Of a stretch of DNA of 64,000 nucleotides, positions 1 through 9,447 are shown one piece after another (positions within the stretch are counted from its first letter, which is position 1; each line of letters begins with the position of its first letter). Below the pieces are notes generated by a model, which saw only the letters and a list, made by a program, of their open reading frames with translations, made no database searches and was not told the origin of the DNA. This DNA comes from Candidatus Nomurabacteria bacterium. Lineage in GTDB: Bacteria; Patescibacteriota; Minisyncoccia; Phycocordibacterales; UBA2100. Made by a program: the position numbers and the translations under genes. Location: contig CALRHH010000001.1 of NCBI GenBank assembly GCA_943359395.1, positions 20,121 to 84,120 on the forward strand. Reading direction: 5' to 3'.

Positions 1-117
1 GAAGAGGGGCGGGAGGCTAAGGTCACCGTCATCCGCTACCGCCAAAAGAGCCGCTATTTCAAGAAAAGAGGACATCGCCAATCGTTTGCAAAGATTCGTA
101 TTACGGCGCTATCGTAA
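1..117 (+). CDS. rplU: 50S ribosomal protein L21, 3' end only (gene begins upstream of the window)
   Basis: Frame 1 translates as EEGREAKVTVIRYRQKSRYFKKRGHRQSFAKIRITALS*. This matches the conserved L21 C-terminus (KxGHRQ..T.V.I). A TAA stop lies at 115-117. Confidence 0.6.
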   Translation, partial: EEGREAKVTVIRYRQKSRYFKKRGHRQSFAKIRITALS

Positions 118-119
118 GT

Positions 120-323
120 ATGGGAGTTGATAAGATCCCAACAATTTCAGGGGTCCCTAATCAATTCTCTCGTGACAAACGAAACCGTCTACCCAATAAC
201 CACGAAATACCTGAAGAAATTCAACGGCCTTCGGTTGTGGAAGCGGTGATACCGACTTCCGAGGAAGTAGAGGATGAGGAAAAGAGGAAAGGGATTGGTA
301 ACATCATCGATAAAAAAGCCTAG
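120..323 (+). CDS. hypothetical small acidic protein (67 aa)
   Basis: ORF starts 3 nt after the rplU stop. Low-complexity, Glu/Pro-rich product with no recognisable domain. It sits where rpmA or prp usually follows rplU. Confidence 0.3.
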   Translation: MGVDKIPTISGVPNQFSRDKRNRLPNNHEIPEEIQRPSVVEAVIPTSEEVEDEEKRKGIGNIIDKKA

Positions 324-922
324 CGCCTGCTCTCCAGGGCGTTTTTGATGGTCTCAGTGTCGGCGTATTCGAGCTCGCTTCCAGTCGAGAGTCCGCGACC
401 AAGTGAAGTTACTGTAAGTGATGGAGGGAGAATCTCCATCAGTTTTTCGCGTACTTGAATTGCGGTCGCGTCGCCTTCAGGATTTGCAGGGAATGCAAGA
501 ATTATTTCTTCCAGCCCCGTCTTGATTCGGGACGGAATGGATTCAAGGAGCTGTTTAATGCGCAAACCATTCGTTTTCTCCGATGCCAGCGAGATGGTGC
601 CCCCAAGGACAAAGTAGAATCCGCGATAGATACCACCGCGCTCGAGCGCCGCGATGTCAGCGTCTGCGGCTACAATGGCAAGTAACTTCGGATTCCGTTC
701 AAGATTTGAACACATACTACACATTTTTCCGCTGTTGGAGGAGAATCGCATGCATTGAGTGCATTGCTTCACCGAACCACCAAGTGACTGAAGGAGCTCA
801 ATGAGTTCGCGGCGAGTGGAAGAGGAACCGCGGAGCAGAAATTGGACGAAGCGCTGTGCCTGACGCGGACCGATACCGGGAAATTTCTGAAAGATGGCGG
901 TCAGGCGCTCAATGGTATCCAT
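320..922 (-). CDS. recR: recombination protein RecR
   Basis: 200 aa. N-terminal helix-hairpin-helix (LTAIFQKFPGIGPRQAQRFVQFLL), a C4 zinc finger (CTQC...CSMC) and a Toprim region, as expected for RecR. Confidence 0.9.
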   Translation of the reverse strand: MDTIERLTAIFQKFPGIGPRQAQRFVQFLLRGSSSTRRELIELLQSLGGSVKQCTQCMRFSSNSGKMCSMCSNLERNPKLLAIVAADADIAALERGGIYRGFYFVLGGTISLASEKTNGLRIKQLLESIPSRIKTGLEEIILAFPANPEGDATAIQVREKLMEILPPSLTVTSLGRGLSTGSELEYADTETIKNALESRR

Positions 923-988
923 ACGCTCGCCATCGTATCATAAGCCTCCGGAAGATAAATTTCTTTAGTTTGTCGCTCACATTCTTGC

Positions 989-1030
989 GCATACATAATA
1001 AAAGTACGGTCGTACTTTTATTATGTATGC
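989..1030. repeat. perfect 20-bp AT-rich palindrome (GCATACATAATAAAAGTACG / CGTACTTTTATTATGTATGC) between the dnaB stop and the recR start
   Basis: Read directly from the sequence. The arms are exact reverse complements separated by 2 nt. No U-tract follows on either strand, so it is more likely an operator-type site than an intrinsic terminator. Confidence 0.6.
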
Positions 1031-1032
1031 GG

Positions 1033-2421
1033 TCAAAACGGCGAAGAGCCTGGTTCTACTTCAGCCTCGGAATTAAAATCGCCAAAATCACTTTTATCGA
1101 CGGAGAGGAACGTGGTTTTCTCTTCGTCAAAACGCAGGTCTATCTTTCCCACAGGCCCGTTGCGGTGTTTTTCTATCAATATTTCCGCAATGCCCGGTCG
1201 GTCAGATGCATCATTCATTTTGTCTTCGCGGTGGATAAACATGACCACGTCTGCATCTTGTTCGATGGAACCTGAATCGCGGAGATCAGACAATCGAGGA
1301 CGTCCTCGGCGCTGTTCGACAGCGCGTGAGAGCTGAGAGAGCGCCAAAACGGGCACCTCCAAATCGCGTGCCATAGATTTGAGTGAGCGGGAAATTTCCG
1401 TAACCTGTTGGACGAGATTGTCGCTTCCCCGCGAGTGAGCTGGAGTGATGAGCTGTAGGTAGTCAACGATGATAAGACCAAGATCCTTTTCCATTTTGAG
1501 ACGGCGGGCAACCGAGCGCATGGCTAGAATGGTTGAGGAGGACTTGTCATCGATATAAATCGGCGCTTCAGCCAAAACACCCATACCTTGCTGGAGACGT
1601 TCAAACTCATCTTCGTCTTTTATCTTTCCTGTACGGAGGCGCCATGAATTGACGCCCGCCTGTGCCGCGAGCATGCGGTCGACGAGTTGCTGCGAACTCA
1701 TTTCGAGGGAAAATATGCCGACTGCCGTTCCGTGCTTTGTTGCGGTTTGCCGGGCGATATCCAGTGCAAGTGCGGTTTTACCCATTGAAGGACGTGCGGC
1801 GAGAATGATGAGGTCAGATTTTTGGAAGCCTGCAAGAAGATTGTCAAGTTGCGGAAAGCCGGTCGGAATGCCACGCATGGTACCTTTGTGCTTCTGCAAA
1901 CTCTCGAGACGCTCCCAGGCCTCGGCGAGCTCGTCTTTGATGGTCGTGAAGGTACGGAGCATTGGCGTCTGAGTTACGGAGAAAACCGCAGACTGCGCCT
2001 CGTCGAGAATAACCTCAATATCGCGGTCTTCTTCGAATCCAAGCTCACCAATTTTTGCTGCAGCATCTATAAGGCTGCGAAGAATAAATTTACTTTGTAC
2101 GCCCTGTGCGTAATGCCGCGCACTACCTGGGGACGCCGCGGCCCCAACCATCTCCGAGAGATAACTCGCGCCCCCGACTTCGTTTAGAAGCTTTCTCTCT
2201 TTGAGCTTGCTTGAAAGAGTAACGACGTCTATCGGTTCGCCCTTGGCGAAAAGGGCAAGCATCGCACCGAATATCGTACGGTGCTTGCCCGCATAAAAAG
2301 AATCTACACCAATCAAATCTGCCACCTCGTAAATAGCGTTCTGATTGAGCATCAGGGCGCCCAAGAGTGCGCGTTCCATTTCGATATCTTGGGGAGGGAC
2401 TTTAACGGCTGTGGTTGCCAT
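1033..2421 (-). CDS. dnaB: replicative DNA helicase DnaB
   Basis: 462 aa. DnaB N-terminal domain (ERALLGALMLNQNAIYEV), Walker A (ARPSMGKT), the IIVDYLQL motif and the RecA-like C-terminal domain. Confidence 0.95.
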   Translation of the reverse strand: MATTAVKVPPQDIEMERALLGALMLNQNAIYEVADLIGVDSFYAGKHRTIFGAMLALFAKGEPIDVVTLSSKLKERKLLNEVGGASYLSEMVGAAASPGSARHYAQGVQSKFILRSLIDAAAKIGELGFEEDRDIEVILDEAQSAVFSVTQTPMLRTFTTIKDELAEAWERLESLQKHKGTMRGIPTGFPQLDNLLAGFQKSDLIILAARPSMGKTALALDIARQTATKHGTAVGIFSLEMSSQQLVDRMLAAQAGVNSWRLRTGKIKDEDEFERLQQGMGVLAEAPIYIDDKSSSTILAMRSVARRLKMEKDLGLIIVDYLQLITPAHSRGSDNLVQQVTEISRSLKSMARDLEVPVLALSQLSRAVEQRRGRPRLSDLRDSGSIEQDADVVMFIHREDKMNDASDRPGIAEILIEKHRNGPVGKIDLRFDEEKTTFLSVDKSDFGDFNSEAEVEPGSSPF

Positions 2422-2705
2422 GAGATCATCCTAGCATTCCGTCTTTCTGAGTAGAGCCTCCAGGTGAGTGCCGTATATGTGCCTTATATGTGGACAACGG
2501 GGGTCGGTCGGCATAAACCTCTCGCATCGGCCTTCAGCCGACACTCGACTCGCCTGCGGCGGCACACTCTCGTGTGGGGTCATCCCCCAAGGGGACTGCG
2601 ATTTGTAGCTACGCTAGACGTAGACAAATCGGGAGCTTGACTATTACCCGTATATTTGATACAACGAAGCCACAGGAATCAAATATAGTCAATAACCAAG
2701 CATTT

Positions 2706-3728
2706 ATGCTATCTTTTCAGCCAAAATTGGTCACTAAAGAGCTCCTCTCTGGTCTGCCTGAGCGCTCTCGCCGCGTCCTTACAGACCGATTTGGGCTTGC
2801 GGGAAAGGGCGAGCGCAAGACGCTGGACGCCATAGGACAAGAGTATGGAATAACTCGCGAGCGCATCCGCCAAATAGAGAACCACAGCATCTCAGCCGTG
2901 CGCGATTCCGACGCGTACGTTGCTCTCACGCAACATTTGGAAAATCTCAAAGAGGCCGTCGCCGCTCTGGGCGCTTTTCTTTCGGAAGAGACTGTTCTGC
3001 GGGAGCTTGGCAAGAGTGACACGGATCGCAACCATCTCGTTTTTCTACTCACTGTAGGACATCAATTTGAGGACCGTCGCGAGGATAACGACTTTAGGGC
3101 TCGCTGGCATGTCGATGAACAGCTTGCAGAACAAATTGAGAATGCACTTTCTACTCTCTACGAATCTATTGAGCCTAATAAGCTCACTCCAGAGGAAGAA
3201 TTCTTGGAGCTTTTCGCAAAACATCTCAAACAAGCTGGCGTGAAAAATCGTACCAACGAGGTTCTTCCTCGGTGGCTTATGGTGTCGAAGCGGATTGGAA
3301 GAAATCCCCTCGGCGAGTGGGGCCGACAGGATTCCCCGCACGTCCGCATCAAGAATACACGCGATTTTGCTTACCTCACGCTCAAGCGCCACGGCTCCCC
3401 AATGCACTTCACTGAGGTCGCAAAAAACATAGAAAAGCTCTTTGGCCGCAAGACTCACCCAGCAACGACTCACAACGAACTCATCAAAGACGGACGATTC
3501 GTCCTCGTTGGTCGCGGACTCTATGCACTCAAGGAGTGGGGTTACGAGCCAGGTGTCGTGCGTGACGTAATCGCCGGAATACTAGAGCGCGAAGGCCCTC
3601 TTACACGAGATGAAATCATTGAGCGGGTAAAGCGCGAGCGGTATGTCAAAGATGCGACTATCGCAGTGAACTTGCAGAATGCAATGTTTACTCGCTTGCC
3701 TGAGGGTAAGTACTCTCTAACGAAGTAA
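2706..3728 (+). CDS. transcription-associated protein with an N-terminal sigma-70 region-4-like HTH and a C-terminal HARE-HTH domain
   Basis: N-terminus LPERSRRVLTDRFGLAGKGERKTLDAIGQEYGITRERIRQIE resembles sigma-70 region 4. The C-terminus ends in the HARE-HTH signature (IKDGRFVLVGRGLYALKEW). The six-frame ORF extends to 2574 with a GTG start; the first ATG (MLSFQP) at 2706 is the likelier start. Confidence 0.55.
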   Translation: MLSFQPKLVTKELLSGLPERSRRVLTDRFGLAGKGERKTLDAIGQEYGITRERIRQIENHSISAVRDSDAYVALTQHLENLKEAVAALGAFLSEETVLRELGKSDTDRNHLVFLLTVGHQFEDRREDNDFRARWHVDEQLAEQIENALSTLYESIEPNKLTPEEEFLELFAKHLKQAGVKNRTNEVLPRWLMVSKRIGRNPLGEWGRQDSPHVRIKNTRDFAYLTLKRHGSPMHFTEVAKNIEKLFGRKTHPATTHNELIKDGRFVLVGRGLYALKEWGYEPGVVRDVIAGILEREGPLTRDEIIERVKRERYVKDATIAVNLQNAMFTRLPEGKYSLTK

Positions 3729-3743
3729 CGGCAATTGCCAAAC

Positions 3744-3776
3744 AAAAGAGCTTCCCGATGGGAGCTCTTTTGTTAT
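3744..3776. terminator. rho-independent terminator hairpin (AAAAGAGCTTCCC-gatg-GGAGCTCTTTTG) after the HTH gene
   Basis: GC-rich stem of about 12 bp with a 4-nt loop and flanking A/T runs, which could act in both directions. Confidence 0.6.
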
Positions 3777-3835
3777 CAGCGCCAGTGTTGATATCACGAC
3801 GATTTCGTGTCGGTTAATGCTACAATTTCTCGGTG

Positions 3836-5257
3836 ATGGATGAATTTGAGCAAAAGGGGATTATCACCTCGGGCGACTTGCGTGCTTCTATTAGTGCCGT
3901 TACGAGTTTCGACATGCATGGGTTTGTCGACGGGTACATGGGCGGCTACTGGGGCATCTCGCGTTGTCTTGTTTTAAGCATCTTCTTTTGGGGCTTGTTC
4001 GCTGTGATGTGGGGCATGGTGCCAAGCTTGCCGCTCTTTGCCTTTGGGTGGCTCTTGGGAACGGCGCCCATCTGGCTCCCCGTCGCGGCACTCATAACGG
4101 CGTGGAAGGTGTGGGTGTGGTATGCGCATGCGGGATACATTTTCACTCGCGACTCCGTTCTTCTTGAAGTAAAAATGCCCCGGGATGTCACACGTTCACC
4201 ACGAGCCATGGAGAACGCTCTCTCCAAGCTTTGGACAGACTCTGGGGAGACAACTTTCCTAAATAGAATTTGGCAAGGCCAGGTGCGCCCTTACTTTTCA
4301 TTCGAGATAGCTTCTTTTGGCGGACAAATTCACTTTTATATCTGGTGCTGGCGCGCATGGCGACCGAATGTCGAGGCGATGATGTACGCATACTACCCAG
4401 AAGTCGAGATGGTGGAGGCGGAAGATTACGCGTCGAAATTCAGATTTGATCCCGAAACGCAGGACGCGTTTCCCACCGATTGGCGCTACGAGCCGCGCAA
4501 TGACGCGTACCCTATCCGTACCTACATCGAATTCGAACTAGACAAAGACCCTAAGGAGGAATACAAGATAGATCCACTTTCTGAAATATTAGAGAGGATG
4601 AGTATTCTTAAGCCCACGGAGCAGATGTGGATACAAATCATCATTACTCAGAGTCGAGATAAACGTCGCAAGAAAGGCGGTACGTGGCTTCAGCTCGAAG
4701 ATCGTTTCGTTGGTATGGTCAAGGAGGAAATCGACGCGCTGCGAAAGGAGACCGTCGGAAAGGGGGCTGATCCGAATCCTGATAATCCCGAGCGTTGGAA
4801 GTCGTTCGCGCGCGTACCGATGTATCGCTACACGGAGGTTATAAAGGCGATGGACCGCAATATGGGGAAGCATATATTTAATGTGGGTATGCGGGGTGTG
4901 TATATTGCCGATTCGAAGGACTTCAGTGCACCTGGATACACGGGTATCCGTTGGATATGGCGACCTGTTGGAAATCCGCAGTACATGAACCAGCTGCGCC
5001 CGCGTCGTTGGGGCAACCCATTCGACTGGCCGTGGCAAGACTTCAACAACATGCGTTGGAACCTTATGGTGCGACGCTACTTCGACACATATCGGCGCCG
5101 CTCTCATTTCTATGCTCCCTATCTCATGCCGCACAACATGATGTCTACAGAAGTGCTTGCCACCATATGGCATCCACCAAGTGCTGCAATCGGAGCTCCC
5201 GGTATTGCACGCATCCCTGCGAAGAAGGCGGAACCGCCGGCCAATTTGCCCAAGTAA
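3836..5257 (+). CDS. hypothetical membrane protein (473 aa): two N-terminal TM helices then a large Trp/Arg-rich soluble domain
   Basis: No nucleotide-binding or catalytic motifs recognised. A TACAAT -10 box lies 9 nt upstream of the ATG at 3836. The six-frame ORF begins 3 nt earlier with a GTG. Confidence 0.5.
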   Translation: MDEFEQKGIITSGDLRASISAVTSFDMHGFVDGYMGGYWGISRCLVLSIFFWGLFAVMWGMVPSLPLFAFGWLLGTAPIWLPVAALITAWKVWVWYAHAGYIFTRDSVLLEVKMPRDVTRSPRAMENALSKLWTDSGETTFLNRIWQGQVRPYFSFEIASFGGQIHFYIWCWRAWRPNVEAMMYAYYPEVEMVEAEDYASKFRFDPETQDAFPTDWRYEPRNDAYPIRTYIEFELDKDPKEEYKIDPLSEILERMSILKPTEQMWIQIIITQSRDKRRKKGGTWLQLEDRFVGMVKEEIDALRKETVGKGADPNPDNPERWKSFARVPMYRYTEVIKAMDRNMGKHIFNVGMRGVYIADSKDFSAPGYTGIRWIWRPVGNPQYMNQLRPRRWGNPFDWPWQDFNNMRWNLMVRRYFDTYRRRSHFYAPYLMPHNMMSTEVLATIWHPPSAAIGAPGIARIPAKKAEPPANLPK

Positions 5258-5286
5258 GGTTTTCGTGCCTAAGTAAAGCATATATT

Positions 5287-6324
5287 ATGCCCGAGTCTGA
5301 ACGACTTCTTGAAAAAATATTTGAAAGAGGACATGCTCTTCTTGAGAATCTCTCCGACCGTTGGGATTTGAATGTAAATCGTCGGACCGTCATAATTCTT
5401 CTCCTCGCAGGTGCCCTCGCGACCTTTCTCTACATCGACGTTATTCAGCCGCCAGCTAATTTTCCCTTGAATGAGCTCGTGGCCGTCTCAGGCGGACAAT
5501 CGTTGGCTGAAATCGCCGACACTCTCGAACAGGGTAACGTGGTCCGTTCCTCATTTGCCCTAAGAACCGTAATCAAGCTCATGGGCAACGAACGCAGAGT
5601 CCATGCGGGGGATTACATTTTTAAAGAGCCTCAAGATATCTTCAGCATTGCACACACTCTTGCTATTGGTGCATACGGGCTCGAACCCACGCGTGTCCGG
5701 GTCAACGAAGGGGCAACGACGTATGAGATGGCGACACTCTTCAAGGAGCGGTTTGAACGATTTGATGCAGAGAATTTTTTAGCCCAAACAAAGCTGCAAG
5801 AGGGATACCTGTTTCCTGATACCTATTTCTTTTTACCGAATGTTACCGAAGACACGGTGATTCAGGCCATGCGACAAAATTTTGATAGCAAAATTGCAGA
5901 GCTCGCGCCTCAGATTGCAAGCTCCACGCACTCGCTTTCCGATATCGTGATCATGGCGTCACTCATAGAGCGAGAGGCACACAACAGCGTCGACCGTCGG
6001 AAAATATCCGGAGTTTTGTGGAATCGGCTTGAGCGCAACATGTTGCTCCAAGTCGATGTGGCGTTTCTCTACACGATAGGAAAGGGGACCTACCAGCTCA
6101 CGGTAAAGGACCTCGCCAGTGATTCCCCCTACAACACATATAAGAACAAAGGCTTGCCGCCCACAGCTATCGGGAGCCCCTCGCTCGATTCCTTGAGGGC
6201 CGCGGTCGACCCCATCGAAAGTGATAATCTCTTCTATCTTGCCGACCGCAGTGGCGTAACATACTTTAGCAAGACGTATGCGGAACACCTTCGCAAGAAA
6301 AATTTGTATATTGGTAACTACTGA
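5287..6324 (+). CDS. mltG: endolytic murein transglycosylase MltG (YceG family)
   Basis: N-terminal TM anchor followed by a YceG-like domain (LEPTRVRVNEGATTYEMA, MASLIEREA, KGLPPTAIGSPSLDS). The six-frame ORF extends upstream to 4951 but overlaps the preceding gene in another frame. The ATG at 5287 is preferred. Confidence 0.85.
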   Translation: MPESERLLEKIFERGHALLENLSDRWDLNVNRRTVIILLLAGALATFLYIDVIQPPANFPLNELVAVSGGQSLAEIADTLEQGNVVRSSFALRTVIKLMGNERRVHAGDYIFKEPQDIFSIAHTLAIGAYGLEPTRVRVNEGATTYEMATLFKERFERFDAENFLAQTKLQEGYLFPDTYFFLPNVTEDTVIQAMRQNFDSKIAELAPQIASSTHSLSDIVIMASLIEREAHNSVDRRKISGVLWNRLERNMLLQVDVAFLYTIGKGTYQLTVKDLASDSPYNTYKNKGLPPTAIGSPSLDSLRAAVDPIESDNLFYLADRSGVTYFSKTYAEHLRKKNLYIGNY

Positions 6325-6349
6325 ACATCAGTAATGGTATTGTTGCCGT

Positions 6350-7429
6350 ATGAGGCAAGAGATATACGTAGGATTGTCAGGCGGTGTAGACAGTGCAGTT
6401 TCCGCGGCACTTCTAAAGGAACAGGGATATGACGTTGTTGGTGCATTCATCAAAATATGGCAGCCTGAATTTATTGAATGCACGTGGCGGGAAGAAAGAC
6501 TTGACGCAATGCGCGTATGCGCCGCCATCGGGATACCGTTCCGCGAAGTTGACTTCTCTCAGGAGTACAAGACGGAAGTGGTCGAGCGGATGGTCCGCGA
6601 TTATGCGCGCGGAGTCACTCCAAATCCCGACGTATTATGTAATCTACGCATAAAATTTGGTTCGTTTGCGCAGTGGGCGAAACGGGAAGGGGCCCACGGA
6701 ATAGCGACGGGGCACTACGCGCGTAAGAGGGAAGTCGGGGGCCACATGGAGCTCCTGCGTGCGCATGACCTTGCGAAAGACCAGTCGTATTTCCTCTACC
6801 GCATGACGCAGCTGGACCTCGCGCGCACCATGTTTCCGATTGGAGGAATGCTGAAGTCTGAAGTCCGTGCACTCGCCCATAAATTCAATTTACCAATAGC
6901 ACAGAAACCGGACAGCCAAGGATTGTGTTTTGTCGGAGAAGTCTCGATGGTAGATTTCCTTAAACGATTTATCCCCCTCTCCCCAGGAGTAGTTCTCTGT
7001 GGAGGAAAGGTCGTGGGTGAGCACGAAGGGGCGCCACTCTATACGATAGGTCAGCGGCATGGATTTTCGGTGTCGCAAGACTCGGCATCCCATCCGTACT
7101 ACGTAGTGGGTACTGATACCATTCAAAACCGTATCTATGTTTCTGCCCATCGGCAAGACGCGGAGCGTTCCGCCGTGACGCTTACCGATATCCACTGGGT
7201 ATACCGCGAACCAAAAATTCCACATTCTGTACAAGCACAAGCCCGCTATCACGAACGGACGGTGGGCGCGACGATTACGAAAGACGACAATACTTTCGCT
7301 GCCACATTCGACCGTCCGCACATGGCGTCTCCCGGTCAATCTCTCGTCTTCTACGCGTCGAGTTCATCCACGCAAGTCGAGGTTCCTCACGAAGACGATG
7401 TTTGTGTCGGAGGAGGCCTTATAAGATGA
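6350..7429 (+). CDS. mnmA: tRNA-specific 2-thiouridylase MnmA
   Basis: PP-loop SGGVDSAV at the N-terminus with conserved catalytic Cys context (GLCF) and the C-terminal barrel typical of MnmA. Confidence 0.9.
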   Translation: MRQEIYVGLSGGVDSAVSAALLKEQGYDVVGAFIKIWQPEFIECTWREERLDAMRVCAAIGIPFREVDFSQEYKTEVVERMVRDYARGVTPNPDVLCNLRIKFGSFAQWAKREGAHGIATGHYARKREVGGHMELLRAHDLAKDQSYFLYRMTQLDLARTMFPIGGMLKSEVRALAHKFNLPIAQKPDSQGLCFVGEVSMVDFLKRFIPLSPGVVLCGGKVVGEHEGAPLYTIGQRHGFSVSQDSASHPYYVVGTDTIQNRIYVSAHRQDAERSAVTLTDIHWVYREPKIPHSVQAQARYHERTVGATITKDDNTFAATFDRPHMASPGQSLVFYASSSSTQVEVPHEDDVCVGGGLIR

Positions 7430-7513
7430 TATTTGAAGGGAGGGTGCCAATTCACAAAATGGTTCATGTGGAGGCTCTTGAAGTGATGCGGGAGGCTATA
7501 CTGTAATGATTAT

Positions 7514-7933
7514 ATGGGCGCCATACTGTCACGCTTCCTGTGGTTCTTCGTGGTGGCAAGTCTTCTCTCGTATTCGACATTCCTCGTAGTGGGAAATATT
7601 GCAAACGCTCACGCCACGGGGAAGAATCTCCCCGTCGTTATCCGTGACGAGCTGGGTGTGGGCGTGCATCATTTATCGGGCATGGTCATGGTGGCCACGT
7701 CATGTGATCAGGTGTCCGTGCGTACCGAGGCGATTTCGGACACTACATTCGCACTCGTCTTTCGCACATGGCGCGAGCCGTCCGCCAAGTGTGCTCTCGA
7801 AGAAACACCCCGATACTTCCGAGCGATCCTTTTTGCACCTTCGGCGGGTGTTGAATTTGTGGCAACTCTCGATGATGTCAGTTTTCCTATAGTAGTTGCG
7901 CCTAATCTATCGAATCGGATTATTTTTGAATGA
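7514..7933 (+). CDS. hypothetical secreted or membrane-anchored small protein (139 aa)
   Basis: Hydrophobic N-terminal signal or TM segment (FLWFFVVASLLSYSTFLVVG). A TATACT -10 box lies 14 nt upstream of the ATG. No recognisable domain. Confidence 0.4.
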   Translation: MGAILSRFLWFFVVASLLSYSTFLVVGNIANAHATGKNLPVVIRDELGVGVHHLSGMVMVATSCDQVSVRTEAISDTTFALVFRTWREPSAKCALEETPRYFRAILFAPSAGVEFVATLDDVSFPIVVAPNLSNRIIFE

Positions 7934-8011
7934 TTGTTTTCTATGTCACATATCACACATCACCCGCATATCACTCCGCCTTCCAGAACAACCACGGCTC
8001 ACTCTCGGCAT

Positions 8012-8827
8012 ATGCTTATTACCAAGGCCGATGGTGAAAAAGAATCATTTGATCCTGCAAAACTCGAACACTCACTCGCCCTCTCGGGAGCGTCTTCCAC
8101 CATGCGGGCGAAGGTTTTAGCTCACGTCATGCACGAACTAAAAGACGGCATGATGACGGAAGAGATTTACCGCCGCGCATTTGAGATACTACGTCGCGAA
8201 GAGGTGACGCCTGTTGCAGCGCGCTATTCCATCAAACGTGCCGTTTTTGCGCTCGGTCCTTCAGGATTTCCCTTTGAGCAATTCCTTGCTGAGGTATTCA
8301 GGGGACACGGTTGGAAGGCACAAACGGGCGTGGCACTCAATGGACGATGCGCTCCGCACGAAGTTGATGTGCTTGCGGAAAAAAACGGCAAACGCATCGG
8401 AATTGAAGCAAAATTTCATAATGACCCGGGAGGGAAAACTGACATAAAAGACGCTCTTTATGTGCATGCGCGCTACGAAGATTTACGCAACACGCCCGAA
8501 GCGTCGTCACGGGTGGACGAGGGTTGGCTTGTCACGAATACCCGCTTTACACGCAACGCCATTAGATATGCTCAATGTTCAGGACTCTCGCTTGTGGGCT
8601 GGGATTACCCGCGTACCCGTAATTTGCTAACTTTGATTGAGGAAGCACGTGTCCATCCGCTCACATGCCTCACGACACTTACTGAGACCGAAAAACGCAG
8701 ATTTTTGGACCAGAAGATAGTACTCTGTAAGGACATGGGGGCCCCGCACCTCCTCAAGGAGTTCGGGGTGAAGCCCGAACGCGTTGCGGGAGTTGTACAA
8801 GAAGCTAAGCAGCTCTGTGGCGTGTAA
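8012..8827 (+). CDS. ATP-cone domain fused to an Mrr/restriction-endonuclease-like PD-(D/E)XK domain
   Basis: N-terminus LITKADGEKESFDPAKLEHSLALSGAS fits the ATP-cone pattern (V.KRDG..E.F...KI). C-terminus EVDVLAE...IGIEAKFH gives a D...E.K nuclease motif in an Mrr_cat-like arrangement. An alternative upstream start at 7934 directly abuts the previous gene. Confidence 0.65.
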   Translation: MLITKADGEKESFDPAKLEHSLALSGASSTMRAKVLAHVMHELKDGMMTEEIYRRAFEILRREEVTPVAARYSIKRAVFALGPSGFPFEQFLAEVFRGHGWKAQTGVALNGRCAPHEVDVLAEKNGKRIGIEAKFHNDPGGKTDIKDALYVHARYEDLRNTPEASSRVDEGWLVTNTRFTRNAIRYAQCSGLSLVGWDYPRTRNLLTLIEEARVHPLTCLTTLTETEKRRFLDQKIVLCKDMGAPHLLKEFGVKPERVAGVVQEAKQLCGV

Positions 8828-8856
8828 ATCTTTCTCAAATATCGTATACTGCAGCC

Positions 8857-9354
8857 ATGCTCGATCCCGCACTCTTCATGGATCCCACGATCGTCTTGTT
8901 TGCAAAGTTACTCTTGGCGATGCTCCTCGGCGGTATTATAGGTACGGAGCGAGCAGTTCTCGCAAAGCAGTCTGCGGGCACGCGAACATTCGGCCTCGTA
9001 TCTTTGGGAGCGTGTCTTTTCATTATTACGGGAAATTTCGTCGATACTGCCTACCTCAGTGTTCTTAATTCCGACCCCATGCGCACCGCCGCAGCAATTA
9101 TTATGGGTATAGGGTTCCTCGGGGGAGGGATAATCGTATTTCGCGGGGATACGGTGCACGGTACGACAACTGCCGCTGGTCTCTGGATAGCAGCCGGAGT
9201 CGGTATCGCGGTTGGCTTTGGAATGTATGCGATCGCTATCTTCACTACCACCCTTTCGCTTCTGATGTTTACGGGTATGTGGTATTTGGAAAATCGTTTC
9301 AAACACTGGTTTACCGAGCACGGACCTGATATGCGGGGAAGTGATGCGGCGTAG
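8857..9354 (+). CDS. mgtC: MgtC/SapB family membrane protein
   Basis: GTERAVLAKQSAGTRTFGLV followed by TTAAGLWIAAGVGIAVG; these are MgtC family signatures. Four to five TM helices. Confidence 0.8.
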   Translation: MLDPALFMDPTIVLFAKLLLAMLLGGIIGTERAVLAKQSAGTRTFGLVSLGACLFIITGNFVDTAYLSVLNSDPMRTAAAIIMGIGFLGGGIIVFRGDTVHGTTTAAGLWIAAGVGIAVGFGMYAIAIFTTTLSLLMFTGMWYLENRFKHWFTEHGPDMRGSDAA

Positions 9355-9364
9355 CTCCAGAGGG

Positions 9365-9444
9365 GAATGATATATCCCGTGAGATAGTGCCTCTCGCGCA
9401 GTGTTCGCTAACTCGAACCTTGTTATCTCACGGGGTATACTGCT
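9365..9444. repeat. inverted-repeat element, copy A: arms ATATATCCCGTGAGATAG and TTATCTCACGGGGTATACT flank about 40 nt
   Basis: The arms are near-perfect reverse complements. The right arm ends in a TATACT -10-like hexamer 6 nt before the ATG of the nuclease gene at 9448. A second copy lies at 12040-12116 and a single arm sits at the gltX start. Confidence 0.6.
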
Positions 9445-9447
9445 CGA

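Noticed and set aside
2422-2705. oriC-like DnaA-box cluster next to dnaB.
   Set aside because: Only one near-consensus box (TGTGGACAA) and one weaker copy are present. There is no AT-rich DNA-unwinding element and no dnaA or dnaN gene nearby.
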